Below are positions 46,516 through 54,888 of a DNA stretch of 62,796 nt, piece after piece; the stretch's first letter is position 1; each line of letters starts with the position of its first letter. Where the stretch lies: contig CAZSTJ010000001.1 of NCBI GenBank assembly GCA_964609805.1, positions 1-62,796 of the forward strand. Direction: 5' to 3'. Under the pieces are notes generated by a model. That model saw only the letters and a list, made by a program, of their open reading frames with translations. It was not told where the DNA came from and made no database searches. The position numbers and the translations under genes are program-made. The DNA is from an uncultured Geobacter sp. GTDB taxonomy: Bacteria > Desulfobacterota > Desulfuromonadia > Geobacterales > Pseudopelobacteraceae.

Positions 46516-46556
46516 CGAAAAGATTCTTTCATTCTTTGAATTGGAGATAGAGACCA

Positions 46557-49436
46557 ATGAACGACCTCTACACAAGCAACCCCCTGATTCACCGTGACCG
46601 CCGTCTCGGAAAGTCTGATTCCGAGTGGGTGCGCTCATTCGCCAGCGAGGACCTGAAACCTCTGATCGTCTGCCGCGGCCCGATCCGCAAGGAGGCCATG
46701 GACGTCTTCGAAGAGATGGGGATGACCCACTTCGGTATCCTGCTCTCCGAAAAGGACTCCATTGTTTATGCTAACGCCCTGGCTCCCGAACTGCGTCAGC
46801 TGACCGATTCAAACCGCGTCCATCGGGTGCCCGATTACACCGGCGCCAGCAAGGAAGAGCGGGTCGAGCGTATCGGCCAGATCATCCAGATCGCCAAGGA
46901 CAACAATTACGACTCCATCTTCGCCGGTTACGGCTTCATGGCCGAGGACGAGGAATTCGTTGCAGCCATCGAGAGTGCCGGGCTCCAGTTCATCGGCCCC
47001 AACTCCCGTACCCAGGCTGATGCCGGCAAGAAGGACGAGGCCAAGCGCACCGCCCTCTCAGTCGGCGTCAGCGTCACCCCCGGTATCAACAACGTCACCG
47101 CCCGTACCCTGGTCAAGAAGCATGGTACCCGCGACAAACTGCTGGCGCTGGTAAAGACCCATAAACTTGACGTCGATGCCAAGGTTCTGGCCGACAAGAA
47201 ACTCTCCCTGGAAGACCTGGCGGACGAGATCCTCTACGCCTCCTACGAGAAGGGGCTTGACCTCTACTCCATCGAGGAACTCTCTGCCCAGGTCCAGGTG
47301 GAAGTGGAGAATATGTTCAAGGAGTATCCCGGCAGCCGTATCCGTCTCAAGGCCATCGGCGGGGGCGGCGGTAAAGGCCAGCGTATCCTCGGTGCCTCGC
47401 TCCTGAGTGTAAAATCACCGTCAGCCAAGCAGATCAAAGAGGCAGCCGCAGAAACCCCAACCCTGGTTCGGGAGGTGCTGAATGAAGTCAAGGCCAACGG
47501 CGTCGGCGACAACAAGAATGTCCTGGTCGAGCTGAACATCGAGCAGACCCGCCACAACGAGATCCAGTTGCTGGGGAACGGTGAGTGGTGCGTCTCCCTC
47601 GGCGGCCGTGACTGCTCCCTGCAGATGCATGAACAGAAGCTGCTGGAGATCTCGGTTACCCAGGAAAGCCTGGCCCTGGCCATCGAAAATGCCAAAAAGG
47701 CCGGCCGCAAGGCTGAAGTCAAGGCGCTGGAGAGTGATCTCAAGGTCCTCAAGCGTATGGAAGAAGACTCCACCAAGTTCGGTACCGCCGTCGGCCTCGA
47801 CTCCGCCTCGACCTTCGAGTGCATTGTAGACCGCGACCGCTACTACTTCATGGAGGTCAACACCCGTATCCAGGTTGAGCACCGCGTCTCGGAACTCTGC
47901 TATGCCCTGAAGTTCACCAACCCCAAGGACAAGAAGGATTTCTTTATCGTCGAGTCGCTGGTCGAGGCCATGGCACTGCTGGCCCGCCACAAGAAGCGTC
48001 TCCCGAAACCGGAGCGTATCCCCCGTTTCGGCGCAGCCGCCGAGGCACGTCTCAACGCAACCGATTGCTCGCTCTCTCCCCATGCCGGCGGCATGATCCG
48101 TTACTGGTCCACGCCGATCGAAGGGGAGATCCGCGACGATCAGGGCATCAGCATGGTCAATCCGGATACCGGCATGTTCATGCGTTACAAGGTTGCCGGT
48201 GCCTATGACTCCAACATCGCCCTGCTGCTGACCAAGGGTGAGGATCGTCTGGCCAGCTACCTGCACCTGTCGAAGGTGCTGGGCAAGACGACCCTGCGCG
48301 GCTCCGACCTGGCAACCAACCTGGAGTTCCACTACGGTCTGGTCAACTGGTTCATCGGTCAGAACGTCATGGCCAAGCCGACCACCCGCTTTGTCGTTCC
48401 TTACCTGACCCTGATCGGTCAGCTCAAGGAGGAGTCACAGAAGCTGGATACGGTCTTTGCCTTCATCCAGATGAAAAAGGCCTATGCCAAGCGGATGGCC
48501 GAGCAGTTCCCCGATGATCCGAAGGTCGGCAAGGAGATGTCCGCCATCCTGGACCGCAAGGGGACCCTCGTTACCCGTCCGATGGACAAACTGCTGGAAG
48601 ATCCGCACCTCCTGTCCGGCTGGCTCTCCCTCAACCGCAAGAGCTTCTCCATCGAAAAGGGGAAGGTCGTATGGCACGGCAATCCGTTCGTGATCCTAGC
48701 TGATACCTACGACTACCTGAACATGACGTGGGATCCGTCGGCACCGGCGGCCGAGGTGATCTGGGAGCATGACAACGAGGTGCTTCAGAAAGGGCTGCGT
48801 TTCTACCGCACCCTGTCGGAGCGTTTCAAGCTTGATATGCTCGCCTTTGACAAACTCTCTGTTATACTTGCCAAAGACAAGCCGCAGGGCGGTTTCTCGG
48901 CAGAGGAATGGTCGCAGATCCGTTCCGCCCATGCCGGTTTCGAGGCCGGTCTGGAACTGCTCGGCATGCTGTTCCTGGTGGCAGGGAATGTCAAATTCTG
49001 GGATTTCAAGATCGAGGAAGATCTGGAAGTCACTATTCCGGCGCATCTGAATGACACCGATCTGCAGGTCCAGATGAAGAAGATCCTGGTTCCGCCGCCG
49101 GCAACCAAGGCAGATGAGATCGTTGCCATCTGTGGTGGTATGTATTATGGTCAGGAAGCTCCGGGCCTGCCTGCCTTCGTCAGCGAAGGGATGCACTTTG
49201 AGAAGGGCCAGGCGCTCTACATCATCGAAGTTATGAAGATGTTCAACACCGTCCGTGCTACCTTCTCCGGCACCATCGACAAGATCATCATGCAGGGGGC
49301 CGACGGTTCCATCGTTCAGAAGGGGCAGCCGCTGTTCAAGGTTACCCCGGACGAGAAATTCGTCGAGGTCAATCCGGATGAGATCAAGCAGCAGAAGCGC
49401 GAGAAGACCCTCGCTTATCTGAAGTCCGTTATTTAA
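46557..49436 (+). CDS. Large biotin carboxylase plus biotin-carboxyl-carrier fusion protein (acyl-CoA carboxylase alpha-type, atypically long)
   Basis: 959 aa. It has ATP-grasp motifs ('GGGGKGQR', 'YFMEVNTRIQVEH') and a C-terminal biotinyl motif 'IIEVMKMFNTV'. Long inserts are present relative to the ~450-aa AccC. Confidence 0.8.
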   Translation: MNDLYTSNPLIHRDRRLGKSDSEWVRSFASEDLKPLIVCRGPIRKEAMDVFEEMGMTHFGILLSEKDSIVYANALAPELRQLTDSNRVHRVPDYTGASKEERVERIGQIIQIAKDNNYDSIFAGYGFMAEDEEFVAAIESAGLQFIGPNSRTQADAGKKDEAKRTALSVGVSVTPGINNVTARTLVKKHGTRDKLLALVKTHKLDVDAKVLADKKLSLEDLADEILYASYEKGLDLYSIEELSAQVQVEVENMFKEYPGSRIRLKAIGGGGGKGQRILGASLLSVKSPSAKQIKEAAAETPTLVREVLNEVKANGVGDNKNVLVELNIEQTRHNEIQLLGNGEWCVSLGGRDCSLQMHEQKLLEISVTQESLALAIENAKKAGRKAEVKALESDLKVLKRMEEDSTKFGTAVGLDSASTFECIVDRDRYYFMEVNTRIQVEHRVSELCYALKFTNPKDKKDFFIVESLVEAMALLARHKKRLPKPERIPRFGAAAEARLNATDCSLSPHAGGMIRYWSTPIEGEIRDDQGISMVNPDTGMFMRYKVAGAYDSNIALLLTKGEDRLASYLHLSKVLGKTTLRGSDLATNLEFHYGLVNWFIGQNVMAKPTTRFVVPYLTLIGQLKEESQKLDTVFAFIQMKKAYAKRMAEQFPDDPKVGKEMSAILDRKGTLVTRPMDKLLEDPHLLSGWLSLNRKSFSIEKGKVVWHGNPFVILADTYDYLNMTWDPSAPAAEVIWEHDNEVLQKGLRFYRTLSERFKLDMLAFDKLSVILAKDKPQGGFSAEEWSQIRSAHAGFEAGLELLGMLFLVAGNVKFWDFKIEEDLEVTIPAHLNDTDLQVQMKKILVPPPATKADEIVAICGGMYYGQEAPGLPAFVSEGMHFEKGQALYIIEVMKMFNTVRATFSGTIDKIIMQGADGSIVQKGQPLFKVTPDEKFVEVNPDEIKQQKREKTLAYLKSVI

Positions 49437-49476
49437 AGAATTACTGGTACGAAAGAAATACTACCGGGAGGGCATT

Positions 49477-50112
49477 GTGAGAAAAGGAAAATTTATTGTT
49501 CTGGAAGGTATCAGCGGATCCGGTCAGCAGGTAAAGGCCGGCATCGTTGGCCTGCATAAAGCATTGGTAGAGCTGAAACATGATGTGGTTGAATGCGCTA
49601 ATCCTGATTCCGGTCGCTCGAAGGAACTGGGGTTGGAAGGTATCCTCAACTGGCCCTTCGGCAAAAACGCCCGCGCCGATTTCCTCTTCGAGAGTGCGGT
49701 GCGTGCCGGTGTATTCAAGAACCTCGTCGAGCCGGCCCTGGAGCAGGATAAGATCGTCCTCTGCAAACAGGCCAGTATCTCCTCCCTGGCAAATGCCTGG
49801 GTGAGCGGCTACACCAAACATTTCGATGTCATTCGGCATATCGACAAGTTGTCGCGTGGTTTTCTCTTTGAAGATGAGATCTATCCGGACATGACCATCT
49901 TCTTCGACGTACCCCCTGAAGAGGCCTTCGAGCGTATCGAGGATGTGCTGCAGATCCACCATGAAGGCGGCATTGATTTTTACCGTCAGATGCGTGACTT
50001 CTACCTGGCAGAACTGCCCCGCTGGCACGGTGTTGTCGTGAATGCATCGTCAACCCGCCCCCAGGAAGATATCGATGCCGAGGTGCTGGCGCTGGTAAAG
50101 GGAATCCTCTGA
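49477..50112 (+). CDS. Thymidylate-kinase-fold protein with degenerate catalytic motifs
   Basis: 'KFIVLEGISGSGQQ' replaces EG.DG.GK(S/T)T. The 'DR' motif position reads 'CKQ'. Overall it aligns with Tmk ('VEPAL', 'PDMTIFFDVPPEEAFERI'). Confidence 0.55.
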   Translation: MRKGKFIVLEGISGSGQQVKAGIVGLHKALVELKHDVVECANPDSGRSKELGLEGILNWPFGKNARADFLFESAVRAGVFKNLVEPALEQDKIVLCKQASISSLANAWVSGYTKHFDVIRHIDKLSRGFLFEDEIYPDMTIFFDVPPEEAFERIEDVLQIHHEGGIDFYRQMRDFYLAELPRWHGVVVNASSTRPQEDIDAEVLALVKGIL

Positions 50113-50165
50113 TCAGTCCAGAAGGTGCACGCTCTTTAGCTTCAACATTCTCGTAAGACCTTAAG

Positions 50166-50197
50166 CCCCTCCGCCCTTTCGGGCGGAGGGGATTTTT
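50166..50197 (+). terminator. Intrinsic terminator after the Tmk-like gene
   Basis: CCCCTCCGCCC-TTTC-GGGCGGAGGGG followed by ATTTTT. Confidence 0.75.
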
Positions 50198-50240
50198 ACA
50201 GTTACCATTCTGAAATTAACATAGGCCAGGAGGCATGATC

Positions 50241-51893
50241 ATGGGTATTTCCGACAAGAAGCAGCAGTGGGCAGATGTTGTGGCAAAAGGTCTGGCAAAA
50301 AGGCCGGAGCGCAAGGCTGAATTCAAGACGACTTCGAACATCGAAATGGAGCGCTGCTTCGCACCGGAATTCGAATACCCCGGATACGAGGAGCAACTCG
50401 GTTTCCCCGGCCAATATCCCTATACCCGCGGTGTGCAGCCGACCATGTATCGCGGCCAGTTCTGGACCATGCGCCAGTACGCCGGTTTCGGCACCGCCAA
50501 GGAATCCAACGAGCGTTACAAATACCTGCTGTCCGCCGGGCAGACCGGTCTGTCCGTGGCCTTTGACCTGCCGACCCAGATGGGCTACGACTCCGACGCC
50601 GGCATGAGTATGGGCGAGGTGGGCAAGGTCGGCGTCGCCATCGACTCTCTGGCCGATATGGAGATCCTCTTCGACGGGATCCCGCTGGACAAGGTCTCCA
50701 CCTCCATGACCATCAACTCCACCGCAGCCATCCTGCTCTGCATGTACATCGCCGTGGCGGAGAAGCAGGGAGTCTCAGCCGCCCAGATCTCCGGCACGAT
50801 CCAGAATGACATCCTCAAGGAGTACATGGCCCGCGGCACCTACATCTACCCGCCGAAGGAGTCCATGCGGATCATCACCGACATCTTTGCCTACTGCAAA
50901 GACAATGTGCCCAAGTGGAACACCATCTCCATCTCCGGCTACCATATCCGCGAAGCGGGCTCCTCAGCCGTGCAGGAAGTGGCCTTCACCCTGGCCGACG
51001 GCATCGCCTACGTTGACGCCGCCATCAAGGCCGGTCTGGCGGTTGATGACTTCGCACCGCGTCTGGCTTTCTTCTTCAACGCCCACAACAACCTGTTCGA
51101 AGAGGTAGCCAAGTTCCGTGCCGCCCGCCGCCTCTGGGCCAAGATCATGAAAGACCGCTTCGGCGCCAAGGACCCCAAGTCCCAGATGCTCCGCTTCCAT
51201 ACCCAGACGGCAGGGTGCACCCTGACCGCCCAGCAGCCGGATAACAACATCATGCGGGTCACTATTCAGGCCCTCGCAGCCGTTCTGGGCGGCACCCAGT
51301 CGCTGCACACCAACTCCCGCGATGAGGCGTTGGCCCTGCCGACGGAGGATTCGGTCCGCATCGCCCTGCGTACCCAGCAGGTTATTGCCTATGAATCGGG
51401 CGCCGCAGACTCCATCGACCCGCTGGCCGGTTCGTTCCTGGTTGAGTCGTTGACCGATCAGATCGAGAAGGCGGCTCAGGAGTACATCGACAAGATCGAC
51501 TCCCTCGGCGGTGCTGTCGAGGCGATCTCCCGCGGTTTCCAGCAAAAGGAGATCCAGGATTCGGCCTATGCCTACCAGAAAGACATTGAAAAGGAAGAAC
51601 TGATTATCGTCGGCGTCAACAAGTTCACCGTCAGTGGTGAAACCCCGCCGGAACTGCTCAAGGTAAAGGAAGAGGTGGAGATTGCCCAGAAGGCTTCACT
51701 TGCCGCCATGAAGTCCGGTCGTGACGAAGCGGCAGTCAAGGCTGCTCTGGCACAGTTGGAGGTGGTTGCCAAAGGAACCGACAACGTGATGCCGCACATC
51801 CTGGCTGCGGTCAAGACCTACGCCACTCTCGGCGAAATCGCCGATGTCTTCCGCGGGGTATTCGGGAAGCATACAGAGACGGTGGTTCTGTAA
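50241..51893 (+). CDS. Methylmalonyl-CoA mutase, catalytic (large) subunit without B12-binding domain
   Basis: '[29 protein letters not shown]', '[17 protein letters not shown]', '[10 protein letters not shown]'. It ends before any DxHxxG B12 domain. ATG 50241 has better SD spacing than 50235. Confidence 0.9.
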   Translation: MGISDKKQQWADVVAKGLAKRPERKAEFKTTSNIEMERCFAPEFEYPGYEEQLGFPGQYPYTRGVQPTMYRGQFWTMRQYAGFGTAKESNERYKYLLSAGQTGLSVAFDLPTQMGYDSDAGMSMGEVGKVGVAIDSLADMEILFDGIPLDKVSTSMTINSTAAILLCMYIAVAEKQGVSAAQISGTIQNDILKEYMARGTYIYPPKESMRIITDIFAYCKDNVPKWNTISISGYHIREAGSSAVQEVAFTLADGIAYVDAAIKAGLAVDDFAPRLAFFFNAHNNLFEEVAKFRAARRLWAKIMKDRFGAKDPKSQMLRFHTQTAGCTLTAQQPDNNIMRVTIQALAAVLGGTQSLHTNSRDEALALPTEDSVRIALRTQQVIAYESGAADSIDPLAGSFLVESLTDQIEKAAQEYIDKIDSLGGAVEAISRGFQQKEIQDSAYAYQKDIEKEELIIVGVNKFTVSGETPPELLKVKEEVEIAQKASLAAMKSGRDEAAVKAALAQLEVVAKGTDNVMPHILAAVKTYATLGEIADVFRGVFGKHTETVVL

Positions 51894-51901
51894 AGACACG
51901 G

Positions 51902-52340
51902 GAATAACACGGAGCAACGGTGCAACGGAGATGAAGCTTTTTGATTCTGAGTTGACAGACCAGATCATTGGCAGCGCGATCACAGTGCACAGCACCTTGG
52001 GACCCGGTCTTCTGGAGTCCGTGTATGAAACGTGCCTGGAGTATGAATTGAGTTCTGTAGGCTTGAAGGTGGAGAGGCAAAAAAGTCTGCCGGTCAGCTA
52101 CAAAAGTATCAAGCTGGATGATGGCTTACGTATGGATATGGTTGTAAACAGCCAGGTCATCATTGAACTAAAATGTGTTGAAAGCCTGTTACCTGTTCAC
52201 GAAGCGCAGCTTTACACTTACCTGAAACTTTCCGGAATTCGAACAGGGTTGTTAATCAATTTCTATACGAAGCTTCTGAAAGACGGTATAAAGCGAATTG
52301 TTTGTTGATTTTCTCCGTTGCTCTGTTGCTCCGTGTTATC
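51902..52340 (+). mobile_element. Inverted-repeat cassette (GAGCAAC 9-mer family) carrying a GxxExxY gene; putative IVS-like/mobile cassette
   Basis: The arms are GAATAACACGGAGCAACGGTGCAACGGAG (51902-51930) and CTCCGTTGCTCTGTTGCTCCGTGTTATC (52313-52340). They abut the start and stop of the enclosed ORF. It is inserted between the mutase and epimerase genes. Confidence 0.5.
51931..52308 (+). CDS. GxxExxY protein (PD-(D/E)XK nuclease superfamily)
   Basis: 125 aa. Carries 'GPGLLESVYE' (the GxxExxY motif), 'MDMVV', 'IELKCV'. The ATG directly follows the left repeat arm; the ORF-track start 51844 overlaps the mutase 3' end. Confidence 0.8.
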   Translation: MKLFDSELTDQIIGSAITVHSTLGPGLLESVYETCLEYELSSVGLKVERQKSLPVSYKSIKLDDGLRMDMVVNSQVIIELKCVESLLPVHEAQLYTYLKLSGIRTGLLINFYTKLLKDGIKRIVC

Positions 52341-52355
52341 AAAGAAAGGTTTTAA

Positions 52356-52763
52356 ATGCTCACAAAAATCAACCATATAGGTGTCGCCGTCAAATCACTC
52401 GACGAGACCCTCCCGTTCTATCGCGATGTTCTCGGCATGCCCTTTGCCGGTATTGAAGAGGTCGCCGAGCAGAAGGTGCGGGTGGCTATGCTGGGGATCG
52501 GTGAATCCAAGATCGAACTGCTGGAGCCGACCTCCGAGGACAGCCCGGTGGCAAAATTTCTGGAGAAGAACGGCCCGGGCATCCACCATGTGGCCTACGA
52601 GGTGGCGGACATCGACGCCGCCATCGCCCGGATGAAGGATCAGGGGGCGCGAATGATCGACGAAACAGCCCGCAACGGCGCCCATGGGACCCGCATCGCC
52701 TTTGTGCATCCCAAGAGCAGCAACGGGGTTCTGACCGAATTATGCCAGTGCGGGCACCATTGA
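52356..52763 (+). CDS. mce: Methylmalonyl-CoA epimerase (VOC superfamily)
   Basis: 'INHIGVAVKSLDE', 'IELLEP', 'GPGIHHVAYEV', 'AFVHPKSSNGVLTEL'. Confidence 0.85.
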   Translation: MLTKINHIGVAVKSLDETLPFYRDVLGMPFAGIEEVAEQKVRVAMLGIGESKIELLEPTSEDSPVAKFLEKNGPGIHHVAYEVADIDAAIARMKDQGARMIDETARNGAHGTRIAFVHPKSSNGVLTELCQCGHH

Positions 52764-52817
52764 TTATTGGTAATGTTAACAGTTACAAGACGTTACATTC
52801 GCAATACGATTTTTTTT

Positions 52818-52846
52818 CTTGACAATCGTTTGATTTATCGTTTATA
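52818..52846 (+). promoter_or_regulatory. Sigma-70-type promoter candidate for the porin gene (long leader)
   Basis: TTGACA-N17-TTATAT, ~350 nt upstream of the porin ATG. Confidence 0.35.
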
Positions 52847-53197
52847 TCAAACAACATTTTAAAACAGAGCTGAAACAAACGACCCTCTTCTAGTAGCTAA
52901 CCGATTGAAATTTAAGGCATTCATTTGTTGGGTGCCACTAACCGGGAGCGAAGCCACTGTGAAACGTTTCAGGAAAAAAACATAGGCTATATCTCTACAT
53001 ACCTTTGGGTTGTCCTGTTGTTTCGGATGACCCAGGGGTATTTGTGTTTTGGGGATGCGAGGCTGCAATGGCATTCCGAGGTTTTTGAGTCAAATTTAAG
53101 GGAAAGGTGGTGAAGGGAGCATCAACAGAACCGTAGATTACTGATTCAGATGTCCGCAGCAGTATCAAGCATTTAATAAAAAATGAAGGAGGCACAC

Positions 53198-54586
53198 ATG
53201 AGTATCAAAAAAACCGTAGCAATCGCAGCAGCAGCAGGGGCCTTGGCCGCTATCTCCGTACCGGCAATGGCTTTTGAAAACGAGTTCCACGGCACCTACA
53301 GCTTCAACACGACCTTCTCCAACTTCCAGAACGGCACTTCAGGTGATGTGGCAGTTGCCGGTAAGCCGGAAAAGCAGAGAATGAATAACTTTTTTGAGCA
53401 GCGCGCCCGCCTGCAGTACATCGCCAAGGCCAGCGACGATCTCAAACTGGTTACCCATTTCGAGTTCGACAACCGTTTCGGCGCAGGCCGTGCGGCTGGT
53501 AACGGCGATCTGGATACCGACTTCACCAACTTCGAGCTGAAGCATATGTACCTTGATTTTAACCTTGGCAAGAGCTTCAATACCAAGGTTGGTATGATGC
53601 CCTACAAAGACACCATCAAGGGTCTGTTGATCGACGCCGATGTGCCGGTGATCCTGACCACCACCAAGATGGGTGCCTATACTCTCGGCGTGGGCTTCGC
53701 CCGTTTTGACGACGATACGACTCCGTCCGTTGCCAACACCGGTACGGATGCCGGCCGTCTTGGGGATGCCAACATAGACATGTTCATTCTGGACAACACG
53801 TTTGCCTTCTCCAAAGATACCAAGGCAGCCTTGTCCTATTATTTCATCGCTGATGGCGCCGCTGGTGAAACCGGTTACGCTAATGCCAGCACCCCGAACG
53901 GCTCCAATATCCTGGGCCTCAACACCGCTGACCAGGATATCCTGCTCCATACATTCGCACTGAGCGGCGAGACCAAGGTCGGTCCGGTAGGTCTGAGTGG
54001 CTTTGCAGCAATGCAGGCTGGCCATCGTAAACACACAGGCCCCAGCAACTCCAGTACACAGCTTCACGGTTGGGCTGCCAACGTTGCTGCAAAGGCCGCG
54101 GTTGGACCGGGTACTGCCAAGGCAGGCCTCCTCTTCACTTCTGGCAATAACAGCACAGACTCTGCTCACTACAAGGGCTGGGTCACCTCCTCGGTCAACA
54201 CCTACAACGAGGGCGGTATGCAGATCCTGGCACGTAACACTGCACAGTCACCCACCAGCACTGATCGTTACATCCGTCGCAATGTCACCAACCTCGCCCT
54301 GCTGACCATGGGTTATGATGCAAACCTGACCGAGAAAACCTTCCTGAATGCCAATGTCGGCTTCGGTTGGACTCCGGCCTCCGGCGAAGTGGCCAAAAAT
54401 GCTTCTGACTTCATGGGCACCGAGATCAACCTGGAAGGCGGCTACAAGGTCAACCCGAACCTGACCCTTAAGGCCACGGGTGCATACATGATCCTTGGCG
54501 GTCTGTATGACAAAGCTGACGTGACCGGCACCAAGGATCCGGAGAACCCCTACTCCCTCCGCCTGCATGCTCAGTTCAAATTCTAA
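53198..54586 (+). CDS. Outer-membrane porin (beta-barrel)
   Basis: SD AAGGAGG. The signal peptide ends AMA. Alternating beta-strand pattern. C-terminal 'LRLHAQFKF' with a terminal Phe. Confidence 0.65.
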   Translation: MSIKKTVAIAAAAGALAAISVPAMAFENEFHGTYSFNTTFSNFQNGTSGDVAVAGKPEKQRMNNFFEQRARLQYIAKASDDLKLVTHFEFDNRFGAGRAAGNGDLDTDFTNFELKHMYLDFNLGKSFNTKVGMMPYKDTIKGLLIDADVPVILTTTKMGAYTLGVGFARFDDDTTPSVANTGTDAGRLGDANIDMFILDNTFAFSKDTKAALSYYFIADGAAGETGYANASTPNGSNILGLNTADQDILLHTFALSGETKVGPVGLSGFAAMQAGHRKHTGPSNSSTQLHGWAANVAAKAAVGPGTAKAGLLFTSGNNSTDSAHYKGWVTSSVNTYNEGGMQILARNTAQSPTSTDRYIRRNVTNLALLTMGYDANLTEKTFLNANVGFGWTPASGEVAKNASDFMGTEINLEGGYKVNPNLTLKATGAYMILGGLYDKADVTGTKDPENPYSLRLHAQFKF

Positions 54587-54608
54587 TCTGAAATTTCATG
54601 GTTAGTCC

Positions 54609-54639
54609 GAAAGGGCGGGAGAAATCCCGCCCTTTTTTT
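54609..54639 (+). terminator. Intrinsic terminator after the porin gene
   Basis: AAGGGCGGGA-GAAA-TCCCGCCCTT followed by TTTTT. Confidence 0.8.
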
Positions 54640-54669
54640 ATGGTGTTAGCAGGATGAAAAAATTGAAAA

Positions 54670-54806
54670 AGGCACAGTGAGCTACGGAAAAAACAGAGAA
54701 CAGCCCTTCTGGAAATTTTGACAGACAAAATTGCCTGTTTACTGACGGTGTATTAGTATTTTTCACTAGGTAGGTTTCTACGTTGCTCTGTTGCACCGTG
54801 TTATTC
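54670..54806. repeat. Inverted-repeat cassette (GAGCAAC 9-mer family), copy 4 with a degenerate left arm
   Basis: The right arm CTACGTTGCTCTGTTGCACCGTGTTATTC (54778-54806) is clear. The left arm GGCACAGTGAGCTACGGAAAAAACAGAG (~54672-54700) is only weakly similar. Confidence 0.45.
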
Positions 54807-54888
54807 AGTCATATGTCGTAGGATTGCTTTGACTTTATCCGGTACTTTTGCGATAATCCGCCGGCTCATCCCACGAACTGGAGGCACC

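Noticed and set aside
52938-52975. GGGTGCCACTAACCGGGAGCGAAGCCACTGTGAAACG in the porin leader, considered as a cobalamin riboswitch because of GCCACTG
   Set aside because: It lacks the GGGAA/GGTGAAAATCC elements and a B12 box. The genomic context (a general porin) does not support the call.
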